NCBI GenBank assembly: GCA_030604855.1
Contig: JAUVVC010000003.1
Coordinates: forward strand, 90,001 to 122,000
Direction: 5' to 3'
Length of the DNA stretch: 32,000 nt
DNA from: Erysipelotrichaceae bacterium
Lineage (GTDB): Bacteria > Bacillota_I > Bacilli_A > Erysipelotrichales > Erysipelotrichaceae
Position 1 is the stretch's first letter. Each line of letters begins with the position of its first letter. Below the pieces are notes generated by a model, which was not told the DNA's origin, did not search any database, and was given only the letters and a program-made list of their open reading frames with translations. A program made the position numbers and the translations under genes. Positions 9,122 to 17,195 of the stretch are shown here, piece after piece.

Positions 9122-10575
9122 GCCGTTCAAAACAAGTATTCAAGAATGAAATCAGCCCCAAAGTACAGTCAAAATCAGAACAATCAAAACAAAAGTATGC
9201 GAAGCGGTTTGGGGATGACTCCACAACACATTACCCTTTAAGCGTACAAGATAATGCCGTACTTCATCCGCTTCTTGGCATCAAAAACATCGTTACTTCA
9301 AAAACAACTGAGAAGATCATAGTGGAAAAAGGCATCATCATAGGAAATATCCGCATGGGCTTTGGTCATTATCGTATCTCAATGGCCATCGCATCTGCAG
9401 CACATTCCATGGGTTTGACACCATATTGGTTCGATCTACATGCGTATAAGGAAACGACCGGAGGAAAGGTCATCCAACACTTAAATGACTTGTATTCCAT
9501 GGGTTCACGTTGGTCTCAGAAATATCCTCTATTTGATAAATACTATTGGGAACCTTTGAACTCAAAAGGCTTCAGAAAACTGAGCTACAATGCGATGGAT
9601 CAGAAGGTATCTGAACTGATGACACCGATATTTAAAGATATTCCTAAAGACATGCCCTTTGTCGCAACCCATGTCTGGCCAGCTCAAGCGGCCATTCATG
9701 CAGGGATGAAACATGTGGTCAATGTGATTCCAGATAACTGGCCGATGGCTTTGCATCTTGCGGAGGGATCCATTCATACCGTACAGACACCATCTTCTTT
9801 TTTAGGGTATAAGACACTGAAAGGAATGGATGGACAAAAGATTCTAAAGCCGATTCCAAGTGATCAGTTGTTTGATGTCGGCCACTACATCGACCATGAA
9901 TTGGTGCTTAACTTAAAAGAAGATTGTGCGAAACGTATCGATCGTATACAAAAAAATAAAACCAAACGTGTTTTACTTACCATCGGTGGAGCCGGTGCGC
10001 AACGTGAGATCTTTGCAAAGATCATCCAAAAGCTTCAGCCGAGAATTGAAAATAATGAAGTCTCTTTGATGATCAATGTAGGGGATCACTTGAAGGTCTG
10101 GGAAGGTCTGCTTAGTGATCTTCCGCAATTAAAAGAAAGAGTTCAAACCTATTTCAATGACTGGGAACGTACGCAGGCTTTTGCGAATCAGGCGTTGGAA
10201 GAGGATGTTAAGGGAATTCATGTCTTCTACAATGAAGATATCTTTGCGGCAGTCTATAGCTCTAATCTTCTAATGCGAAGTGCCGATATCCTAGTGACGA
10301 AACCCAGTGAACTGGCATTCTATCCAGTGCCGAAGTTGATGATCAAACGTGTGGGTGGACATGAGGCATGGGGAGCGATTCGCGCAGCGGAAGTTGGGGA
10401 TGGGACACTGGAGTGTGAAAGTGTGGGATTAACACTCCAAATGCTTGATTTGATGTTGGATGATAAAGTCATTCTGAAAAAGATGTGTGAGCATATTCTT
10501 AAAGCAAACGATCAGGGCATTTATAACGGTGCGTATCGCGTCGTAGCGTTGGCTGTTCAAAACAAATCCGTCTAA
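9118..10575 (+). CDS. GT-B fold protein resembling MGDG-synthase/GT28 (UgtP/MurG-like) enzymes, with a K/Q/S-rich N-terminal extension; function unknown
   Basis: ATGA start/stop overlap with the GH36-like gene. Motifs: N-lobe GNIRMGFGHYRISMAIASAA, linker LLTIGGAGAQ, C-lobe ILVTKPSELAFYPVP...VGGHEAWGAIRAAEVG. These parallel the GxGH...A and TKPGG...QE..NA motifs of GT28 enzymes. Confidence 0.5.
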   Translation: MSRSKQVFKNEISPKVQSKSEQSKQKYAKRFGDDSTTHYPLSVQDNAVLHPLLGIKNIVTSKTTEKIIVEKGIIIGNIRMGFGHYRISMAIASAAHSMGLTPYWFDLHAYKETTGGKVIQHLNDLYSMGSRWSQKYPLFDKYYWEPLNSKGFRKLSYNAMDQKVSELMTPIFKDIPKDMPFVATHVWPAQAAIHAGMKHVVNVIPDNWPMALHLAEGSIHTVQTPSSFLGYKTLKGMDGQKILKPIPSDQLFDVGHYIDHELVLNLKEDCAKRIDRIQKNKTKRVLLTIGGAGAQREIFAKIIQKLQPRIENNEVSLMINVGDHLKVWEGLLSDLPQLKERVQTYFNDWERTQAFANQALEEDVKGIHVFYNEDIFAAVYSSNLLMRSADILVTKPSELAFYPVPKLMIKRVGGHEAWGAIRAAEVGDGTLECESVGLTLQMLDLMLDDKVILKKMCEHILKANDQGIYNGAYRVVALAVQNKSV

Positions 10576-10577
10576 AA

Positions 10578-10599
10578 AACAGCGAAGTGCTGTTTTCTT
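10578..10599. terminator. Bidirectional rho-independent terminator between convergent genes
   Basis: AACAGC-GAAGT-GCTGTT hairpin, with an A run on the left and a T run on the right. Confidence 0.75.
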
Positions 10600-11472
10600 T
10601 TAATCAAGTTTCTTGATGGGTATCCATATTTGACTGTGATACATTGGATTGCTGGTATCGGAATGTTCATGCCATACGATTTCTGGCCCATTCACAGTTT
10701 CATACGGAACACTGGGGAACCATTCTGAGTAGATGTGCCCCCAGGTTTTTTGAAGTGTTTCGGGAAAGGGACCTGTCACATCAAAGATCGCCCAGGTATA
10801 GGCTGGGACCTCTAGGATATCGAAATCAGGATGATTTTGGTTCGTGATGACGCCAACCATATGATCTAAAGTACCGTTCTCATGCATGCGATCACTCGAA
10901 AAATTGAAGGATGCACTGATGACGCCCCTTGGTTCTTGGTCACACAAGCCTTTAAGGAGGGGAATATTGGTGGAATTCAATTTCTGAGTGAGTGACACGA
11001 TCTCAGGATTGACCCCTTCAAACTTGATGGATACATTCTTTTTAAACCCAATGATGTTAAAGCTCTGTTTATCAAGTAACCGTACATTCATAATGTCTGC
11101 TCCTTTAAGTGTAAGTTGGAAGATAAGGCGAGGTGTGCTGATAAAGGCTGCTTTCGTTTTACGCAGTTCACTGGGTGTGATGCCATGAAAATCTCTAAAA
11201 GCACGTGTGAAGACATCGTGACTCTGATAGCCATACTTCAAAGCGATATCCAATATCCTCACATCCGTTTGAACACAATCCATAGCCGCTAAACTCAGAC
11301 GTCTTGAAGTGATGTATTGATGTAGACTTTGGCCACTTAGATAACTGAACATCCGCTGAAAGTGATACTCTGAACAGTGTGCAAGATGTGTGACATGTTT
11401 GAGATCAATCGATTCATTCAAATGACTTTCAATATACGTTAGTGCTTGATTAAAGTGGGTGATGGGGTTCAA
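10600..11472 (-). CDS. AraC-family regulator with GyrI-like effector-binding domain
   Basis: HTH_AraC (HLAHCSEYHFQRMFSYLSGQSLHQYITSRRL ... SHDVFTRAFRDFHGITPSELR). GyrI-like C-terminus ends in SQIWIPIKK. TTG start 4 nt after GAGGA. Confidence 0.8.
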   Translation of the reverse strand: MNPITHFNQALTYIESHLNESIDLKHVTHLAHCSEYHFQRMFSYLSGQSLHQYITSRRLSLAAMDCVQTDVRILDIALKYGYQSHDVFTRAFRDFHGITPSELRKTKAAFISTPRLIFQLTLKGADIMNVRLLDKQSFNIIGFKKNVSIKFEGVNPEIVSLTQKLNSTNIPLLKGLCDQEPRGVISASFNFSSDRMHENGTLDHMVGVITNQNHPDFDILEVPAYTWAIFDVTGPFPETLQKTWGHIYSEWFPSVPYETVNGPEIVWHEHSDTSNPMYHSQIWIPIKKLD

Positions 11473-11581
11473 GGTATCCTCGTCTTTAGTATAAATACAG
11501 TATAAGGGAACGGCTCGACTTTTTACGTGCGAATAACATCGAATGATTCTTTATTCACTAAATACCTTGGATTTTGTGTTG

Positions 11582-11590
11582 TGGTATAAT
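11582..11590 (+). promoter_or_regulatory. Extended -10 promoter element (TGgTATAAT) for the baeRF-like gene
   Basis: TG at 11582-11583 and TATAAT at 11585-11590, about 55 nt upstream of the ATG. No good -35 was seen. Confidence 0.5.
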
Positions 11591-11643
11591 ATAGAAACTA
11601 GGAAGTCTCTCATCCATCATGCATCAGAAAAGGAGGATTATGA

Positions 11644-12780
11644 ATGTCCGTTTTCATGCTTAAAAATTTCCCTTATGATTGTCCGTTCAATGCGGAGGGA
11701 CCCTTTGTCAATCTGTTTATGGCCACACACACTCAAGCGCCAGAAAACAAACAAGACAGCATCGTTTTTAAGAATCTTATTGCTAAGGCAAAAGATAAAC
11801 TGTCCTTAGACTTCAAACCCATGGAAGTGGAGCGTTTCATCCAACCCTTGGAAGAGTTGGAACGTGAATCCCTCTTTTGGGCGTATAATCATGCAGGTCT
11901 TGCGGTTTTTGTGAACCGTGAGAACTGTTTTGTCTATCGTCTTCCAGAGCCCGTTCGTAATCAGGTCATCCTCAGCGAACACATTCATTTCAAACCCTTG
12001 ATTCGAATGTTTCAAAGCGTCATTCATTATTACATTCTCGCTTTGAGTCGTGAACGTTTCAAAGTCTATGAAGTCTATCATAAATCGATTGATGAAGTTC
12101 ATTTTGAAAAAGATGTGTTGATCCTCGCCAAGGATGTCATCGGGGATCAGCGCAGTGAACCCTACATGTCCATCGGAGGTTTTGGGACATCGGGAACACA
12201 AGCCATGCTCCATGGACATGGAGGAAAGAAAGAAGAGATCGACATTGATACGGAGAAATATTTCCGTTATGTCGATCAGACGATTTACGAACATTTGACG
12301 AAAGAAAAAGCAATTCCAATTGTCCTTGTGACCTTGCATAAGAATCAAATGATCTTCCGAAAGATAAGCAAGAATAAGCATCTCTTTAATGAAGCGGTCG
12401 TTATGTCTATGGAAGATCTTACAAAGCAGGATCTGTACCAGGAAACCATCAAGGTCATTGAACCGTATTTCAATGAACAGCTCAAGCGTCAAACCGCGAA
12501 AGTTGCTCAATCCATTGACTTGGGGCGCGCCAGTGACAAGCTCGATCACATCGTCAAAGCCATTGCATATAAAGAAGTCAAGAATCTCTATCTTGCCAAT
12601 GATAAGCGCATCTACGGATCTGTGGATTGGGAGAAACTGGATGTCAAAACCGATCAGAGTGTCGATTCCGATATCTTGGAGGAACTCGCAGAACAGGCAC
12701 TCCAAGCGAAAGCCAAGGTGTACAGTGTTCCTAAGGATTGGTTGAACACAACAAATGGAATCCTTGTGGAGTATTTCTAA
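11644..12780 (+). CDS. Bacterial eRF1/Pelota-like (baeRF family) protein, function unknown
   Basis: AGGAGG lies 7 nt upstream. Family-like blocks: FVNLFMATHTQAPENKQDSIVFKNLI, HIHFKPLI, YILALSRERFKVYE, Gly-rich loop SIGGFGTSGTQAMLHGHGGKKEE, KYFRYVDQ, IEPYFNEQ, C-terminal GILVEYF. Confidence 0.7.
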   Translation: MSVFMLKNFPYDCPFNAEGPFVNLFMATHTQAPENKQDSIVFKNLIAKAKDKLSLDFKPMEVERFIQPLEELERESLFWAYNHAGLAVFVNRENCFVYRLPEPVRNQVILSEHIHFKPLIRMFQSVIHYYILALSRERFKVYEVYHKSIDEVHFEKDVLILAKDVIGDQRSEPYMSIGGFGTSGTQAMLHGHGGKKEEIDIDTEKYFRYVDQTIYEHLTKEKAIPIVLVTLHKNQMIFRKISKNKHLFNEAVVMSMEDLTKQDLYQETIKVIEPYFNEQLKRQTAKVAQSIDLGRASDKLDHIVKAIAYKEVKNLYLANDKRIYGSVDWEKLDVKTDQSVDSDILEELAEQALQAKAKVYSVPKDWLNTTNGILVEYF

Positions 12781-12783
12781 GTC

Positions 12784-12815
12784 AAAGCGTCTACAAGCCG
12801 TAGACGCTTTTCTTC
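12784..12815 (+). terminator. Strong rho-independent terminator
   Basis: 11-bp stem AAAGCGTCTAC / GTAGACGCTTT with loop AAGCC, followed by TCTTC. Confidence 0.85.
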
Positions 12816-12840
12816 ATTCTGATCAATCATGAGATTTTTG

Positions 12841-12869
12841 TTGCTTAAGCCTAATGAAAGCTTTAGAAT
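12841..12869 (+). promoter_or_regulatory. Sigma-A-type promoter
   Basis: TTGCTT, 17-nt spacer, then TAGAAT. Lies 30 nt upstream of the ATG at 12899. Confidence 0.55.
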
Positions 12870-12898
12870 AAGTCCTATGAATAGAGGATATTGAAGTC

Positions 12899-13456
12899 AT
12901 GAATAAACGCCCCATCTACATTCTGTTAACCAATACCCGCAGCCTCTTCTCAACGGCCATCGGGATCTATACAAGACAAGCTTTCAATCACGTTTCCATT
13001 GCCATCCATGAGGATTTTGAACAGATCTATAGCTTTGGACGTAAGAATCCTAACAATCCCGTGATTGGTGGCTTTGTGAATGAAGTCGAAACACAGATCT
13101 TTGAGTACTTTTCAGGTACCAGCTGTATCGTTCTTAAACGCTACGTCAGTGAAATGGAGTATGATCGCATTACGGATGTCATTCGTCGTTTTGAAATGGA
13201 ACGGATGAGTTATGGGTATAACTTGCTTGGGTTTGCCGGCTTTATGGTCAATTACCCCATCAAACGCTCACGTTCTTATTTCTGTTCACAGTTTGTCAGT
13301 GACGTGATCAAATCCGGTGGAATAGAATGGATCACCAAACCTTCCGAGTTGGTCAAACCTTCTGATTTCTTCTTGTTTGAAGGGATTCAAGAAGTCTATC
13401 GTGGCAATCTGATGCAGTTTCTTGCGGAACCCAAACGCCATCTAACATCCAATTAG
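12899..13456 (+). CDS. Permuted papain-like (YiiX/NlpC-P60 superfamily) putative hydrolase
   Basis: 185 aa. Early His block (AFNHVSIAIHE) and late Cys block (RSYFCSQFVSDVI) fit the permuted His-then-Cys order. Domain assignment is from memory only. Confidence 0.5.
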   Translation: MNKRPIYILLTNTRSLFSTAIGIYTRQAFNHVSIAIHEDFEQIYSFGRKNPNNPVIGGFVNEVETQIFEYFSGTSCIVLKRYVSEMEYDRITDVIRRFEMERMSYGYNLLGFAGFMVNYPIKRSRSYFCSQFVSDVIKSGGIEWITKPSELVKPSDFFLFEGIQEVYRGNLMQFLAEPKRHLTSN

Positions 13457-13464
13457 GATGTTTT

Positions 13465-14124
13465 TTATAGAAAGACGCTGAGTGTCAATAAACTTAAGGC
13501 AAAATGATAGAGGATTAAATAGCTCGTATGAATCCAAACTGCTTTTTCTTTGGCAAAGTACTTTTGAGATAGAAGTGTATCCGACAATAGAAAGGCGAGT
13601 GCGCCAAGCCATTGGATGAGATGATGTACATCGAAATTCAATAATGTGGATGAAGTCGCTAGCCCAAACATCATAAGAATCAAAAAGCCGTAAAGGGCAA
13701 TCATCTTGGTGTAGGGTCCAAAGATCAGATGTTTTGACAGTATCTTGAAGAGTAGAGTCCATGAAGTTAGGACAAGTATCAGTGTCCAAACAAACCAGGT
13801 CTGTTCATAGAAAAGGATACTTAATGCAAGATGTGTGAATGAGAAGAAGACGATTCCAAGTGGCATTGCCAGTTTGAAACGGTGTTTCAAACCTAAGGAG
13901 ATATCCCCCAACAAAGCAAAAACCAGAGCCCATATAAGTGCAGCTGGGATGAATTCTATGGAATGAGTGAGGACTGCTCCCATAAGGATGAGCAAGGGAT
14001 GGATGCAGGTTAAAAGTTTGATCCAAAAACGCTTGGATGAATGCGTAGAATCCGACGTTTTGAGCAGGAAGCTGAGACTGATGAGGTAGCTGACACAAAA
14101 GAAGTAAAGCATGGTTAATTCCAT
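13465..14124 (-). CDS. YhhN-family (lysoplasmalogenase-like) integral membrane protein
   Basis: Polytopic, with the YhhN-type motif VFALLGDISLG. The start is uncertain. The longest ORF (to 14211) would overlap the divergent M20 gene start, so the ATG at 14124 (219 aa) is preferred. Confidence 0.65.
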   Translation of the reverse strand: MELTMLYFFCVSYLISLSFLLKTSDSTHSSKRFWIKLLTCIHPLLILMGAVLTHSIEFIPAALIWALVFALLGDISLGLKHRFKLAMPLGIVFFSFTHLALSILFYEQTWFVWTLILVLTSWTLLFKILSKHLIFGPYTKMIALYGFLILMMFGLATSSTLLNFDVHHLIQWLGALAFLLSDTLLSQKYFAKEKAVWIHTSYLILYHFALSLLTLSVFL

Positions 14125-14197
14125 TATAGTTAAAATGTGAGTCGATTCACATGAAATAAGTAAAGGGACAGTGTAAACTAAAATCAATGAGGACATT

Positions 14198-15349
14198 ATG
14201 AACAAAACCATCGATTTATTCTACGATGAAGCCAAAGCGCTTCGTCAATCCATTCACCAAGAACCGGAAATCGCGTTTGAAGAAGTCAAAACCAATCAGA
14301 AGATTAGAGCTTTTCTTGATAAACATCAGATTCCTTATGTGTCGGGCATTGCCAAAACGGGTATTTTAGCAACGATTGAGGGCAAGCTTCCGGGTAAAAC
14401 CATCTTACTCCGTGCGGATATGGATGCCTTACCCATGGATGAAAACCCCAACAATCCCTATGCATCTAAGATCCCTGGTCGCATGCATGCCTGTGGCCAT
14501 GATGGGCATACGGCAGGTCTGTGTCTTGCGGGTGCGGTTTTGAATCAGATGAAACAAGAACTAAAAGGAACCGTCAAACTCCTATTCCAACCCGCTGAAG
14601 AAGCGATCGGAGGGGCAGAACCGATGATCAAGGCAGGTGTGCTTGAGGGTGTGGACATGGCCTTTGGGGCGCATTTGTGGGGCTCCAGTCCAGGTGGAAG
14701 GGTTTATTTGAAGAAAGGACCGATGATGGCATCGCCGGATAATTTCATCATCAAGGTCAAAGGTGTGGGTGGCCATGGATCGAAGCCGCACGTTGCCGTG
14801 GATCCCATTTTGATCGCGTCCCAGATCGTCATCGCATTGCAGACCATCGTTTCACGTCAAATCAGTCCACTGGAGCCGCTTGTCATCTCAGTGGGTAAGA
14901 TGCATGGGGGAACGGCTCCCAACATCATTCCAGAAGAAGTCGTATTAGAAGGAACGATTCGGACATTGAACAACGTTGTGCGTGCCGATGTCCCGATCAA
15001 GATGGAGAAATTGGTCAAGGGGATAGCGGAGAGTTATGGTGGTCAGGCGGAGTTCACGTACCTTCCTGCGTATCCTGTTTTGGTGAATGACAATGAGGTC
15101 ACCGATATTGCGTATCGTGCCGCGGGTCGATTCTTGAATCCAGAACAGCTTGCTTTCCTAGATCAACCCGACATGGGTGGTGAGGATTTTGCCTACATCG
15201 CACAGGCGGTTCCGAGTACCTTCATGTATGTTGGCATTATGGAGGATCAGCCGATTTCGCATCATCATCCAGACTTTCACTTTGAGGATAAGCATCTTAA
15301 AGTGCTCTCGGAACTGATGGTTCAATGTGTGCTTGAAGCAAATCGATGA
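14198..15349 (+). CDS. M20-family amidohydrolase (N-acyl-L-amino acid amidohydrolase / hippuricase type)
   Basis: Motifs: LLRADMDALPM, MHACGHDGH, FQPAEE and GVGGHGS. SD TGAGGA lies upstream. Confidence 0.9.
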   Translation: MNKTIDLFYDEAKALRQSIHQEPEIAFEEVKTNQKIRAFLDKHQIPYVSGIAKTGILATIEGKLPGKTILLRADMDALPMDENPNNPYASKIPGRMHACGHDGHTAGLCLAGAVLNQMKQELKGTVKLLFQPAEEAIGGAEPMIKAGVLEGVDMAFGAHLWGSSPGGRVYLKKGPMMASPDNFIIKVKGVGGHGSKPHVAVDPILIASQIVIALQTIVSRQISPLEPLVISVGKMHGGTAPNIIPEEVVLEGTIRTLNNVVRADVPIKMEKLVKGIAESYGGQAEFTYLPAYPVLVNDNEVTDIAYRAAGRFLNPEQLAFLDQPDMGGEDFAYIAQAVPSTFMYVGIMEDQPISHHHPDFHFEDKHLKVLSELMVQCVLEANR

Positions 15350-15361
15350 TGTTAACAGAAT

Positions 15362-15395
15362 CTTAACAATTCTCATGAAATGTTAAGATTTTTTT
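15362..15395 (+). terminator. Rho-independent terminator
   Basis: CTTAACA / TGTTAAG stem with a 12-nt loop, followed by a T run. Confidence 0.65.
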
Positions 15396-15430
15396 ATTTT
15401 ATAATAGTGAGCGGATTAGAGGGAAAAGAC

Positions 15431-17119
15431 ATGATTCTAACAAGCGCGACGTTTATGGACATCAGTTGGCAGACGATTCTTGGAGGCTTGGGTTTATTCT
15501 TATTTGGCATTAAATTCATGGGGGATGGCTTAAAATCTTTAGCTGGAGATAAGCTGAGAGACATCATTGATCGCTACACCTCCAAAGCTTGGATGGGCTT
15601 ATTGATTGGGATTTTCGTAACCGTCATCATTCAATCTTCATCCGCCACCACCGCAATCACGATCGGTTTTGTCCGTGCGGGACTCATGCGTTTGGATCAG
15701 ACGGTTGGAATCATTTTTGGGGCGAACATCGGAACCACCATCACCGCGTTTTTAGTTGGGATGAAGGTGGAAAAGTTCTCTTTGTACTTTGTATTCATCG
15801 GAACGATGTTGTTGCTGTTCTCAAAACGTAAGAAACATGCTTATGCAGGTGAAATCGTTTTAGGCTTCGGGATGTTGTTTTATGGTTTGATGATCATGGG
15901 CGATGCCTTGAAAGTCTTAAAAGATATCCCTGCCTTCCACGACTTGGCCATTCAAATGTCCACCCATCCTTGGTGGGCAGTCACGGGTGGTATTCTAATG
16001 ACGGGTCTTATTCAGTCTTCGAGTGCGATGATTGGAATCATTCAGAAAATCTATGAAGCCGGTGGAATGCCCTTTGAAGCAGCGCTACCCTTTGTCTTTG
16101 GGTCCAATATTGGAACGACAGTCACGGCTGCTTTGGCAGCCATGGGAGGTTCCTTGGCTTCACGTCGTGCTGCAGGGATTCATACCTTGTTCAATGTGTT
16201 GATGACGATTGTAGCGATGATTCTGTTGCCGGTATACATCAATCTGATTCTTCATTTGACGGATATCTTACATCTGGAATCCATGATGCAGATTGCGGTC
16301 GCACACATCATCTTTAATGCGATGGGCACCATTCTCTTCTTTCCTTTCATCAAGCAAATGGTTTGGATCGTCAAGAAAGCCATTCGTGGTGATGATAAAG
16401 AACGCATTGGAATCAACACCGAAGACTTTGATCCAGGCTTGGCACACGATCTTCCTACCGCAGCTTTGGAAGTTTCCAAACGTGCAAGTTTGAAAATGGG
16501 CGAGATGGCGGTTGAGATTCTGGAAACCAGCAAAGCATTCTTGAACAAGGAAAGCAAAGTCAATCAAGACTCAATTGAACAAGTTGAAGAATTGATCAAT
16601 AATTTTGACACCAAGATCACCGATTACCTCTTATTGATTTCAAAAGAGAAACTCGCAGAAGATGATATTGAAACAAGTTCCACAAATCTCCAGATTGTTA
16701 AGAACTTGGAACGGATCGGAGATCTGGCATCCAACTTGGGCGAATTCTTCGATATGGTTCATGATGGTCGTGAAAGCTTCTCGCAAGCAGCGATTGTCGA
16801 ATTGAACAACATGTTCGATTTGGTCATCCATATGTTGAACCGTTCATTACGCATTTATGAAAACAACGACTTCTCACTCTTACAGTCGGTTAAAGAAGAT
16901 GAGATCTACCTCGATTTATTGGAAAACAAGGCACGTACCAACCATTTTGAGCGGATGCGTACGGATGAGTGCATGAGCACGATTGCCGGTAGTGTGTATG
17001 TGGATATCTTGGGAACCTTGGAACGAATCGGGGATCATGCGGAAAACATCGCACGTTCTGTGTTCGATGTGCATACCCAACATGAACAACGGATTTTCCA
17101 AGCATCAGAAGAAATCTAA
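15431..17119 (+). CDS. Na+/phosphate cotransporter family protein with C-terminal PhoU domains
   Basis: Motifs: GLFLFGIKFMGDGLK, duplicated QSSSA and GANIGTT / GSNIGTT repeats, C-terminal PhoU-like ERIGD repeats. ATG at 15431 follows GAGGGAAAAG. Confidence 0.9.
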   Translation: MILTSATFMDISWQTILGGLGLFLFGIKFMGDGLKSLAGDKLRDIIDRYTSKAWMGLLIGIFVTVIIQSSSATTAITIGFVRAGLMRLDQTVGIIFGANIGTTITAFLVGMKVEKFSLYFVFIGTMLLLFSKRKKHAYAGEIVLGFGMLFYGLMIMGDALKVLKDIPAFHDLAIQMSTHPWWAVTGGILMTGLIQSSSAMIGIIQKIYEAGGMPFEAALPFVFGSNIGTTVTAALAAMGGSLASRRAAGIHTLFNVLMTIVAMILLPVYINLILHLTDILHLESMMQIAVAHIIFNAMGTILFFPFIKQMVWIVKKAIRGDDKERIGINTEDFDPGLAHDLPTAALEVSKRASLKMGEMAVEILETSKAFLNKESKVNQDSIEQVEELINNFDTKITDYLLLISKEKLAEDDIETSSTNLQIVKNLERIGDLASNLGEFFDMVHDGRESFSQAAIVELNNMFDLVIHMLNRSLRIYENNDFSLLQSVKEDEIYLDLLENKARTNHFERMRTDECMSTIAGSVYVDILGTLERIGDHAENIARSVFDVHTQHEQRIFQASEEI

Positions 17120-17123
17120 AAGT

Positions 17124-17160
17124 GAATCCATTTCTTAAGTTTAAGGAGTGGATTTTTTTG
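17124..17160 (+). terminator. Rho-independent terminator (interrupted hairpin plus T7)
   Basis: GAATCCA...TGGATTT outer stem with inner CTTAA / TTAAG pairing, then TTTTTTT. Confidence 0.7.
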
Positions 17161-17186
17161 TTTGAAGACATAGAAAGCGTTATAAT
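17158..17186 (+). promoter_or_regulatory. Sigma-A-type promoter placing the transcription start at or next to the kinase ATG
   Basis: TTGTTT, 17-nt spacer, then TATAAT (17181-17186). The ATG is at 17196, and there is no SD in between. Confidence 0.55.
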
Positions 17187-17195
17187 GAGTACATT

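Noticed and set aside
11806-12705. A 299-aa open reading frame antisense to the baeRF-like gene
   Set aside because: It has no SD or promoter. The product is Phe/Ile/Leu-rich, as expected for the mirror frame of a Lys/Glu/Asp/Asn-rich gene. The sense frame has an SD, a promoter, a terminator and recognisable family blocks. I treat it as a shadow ORF.
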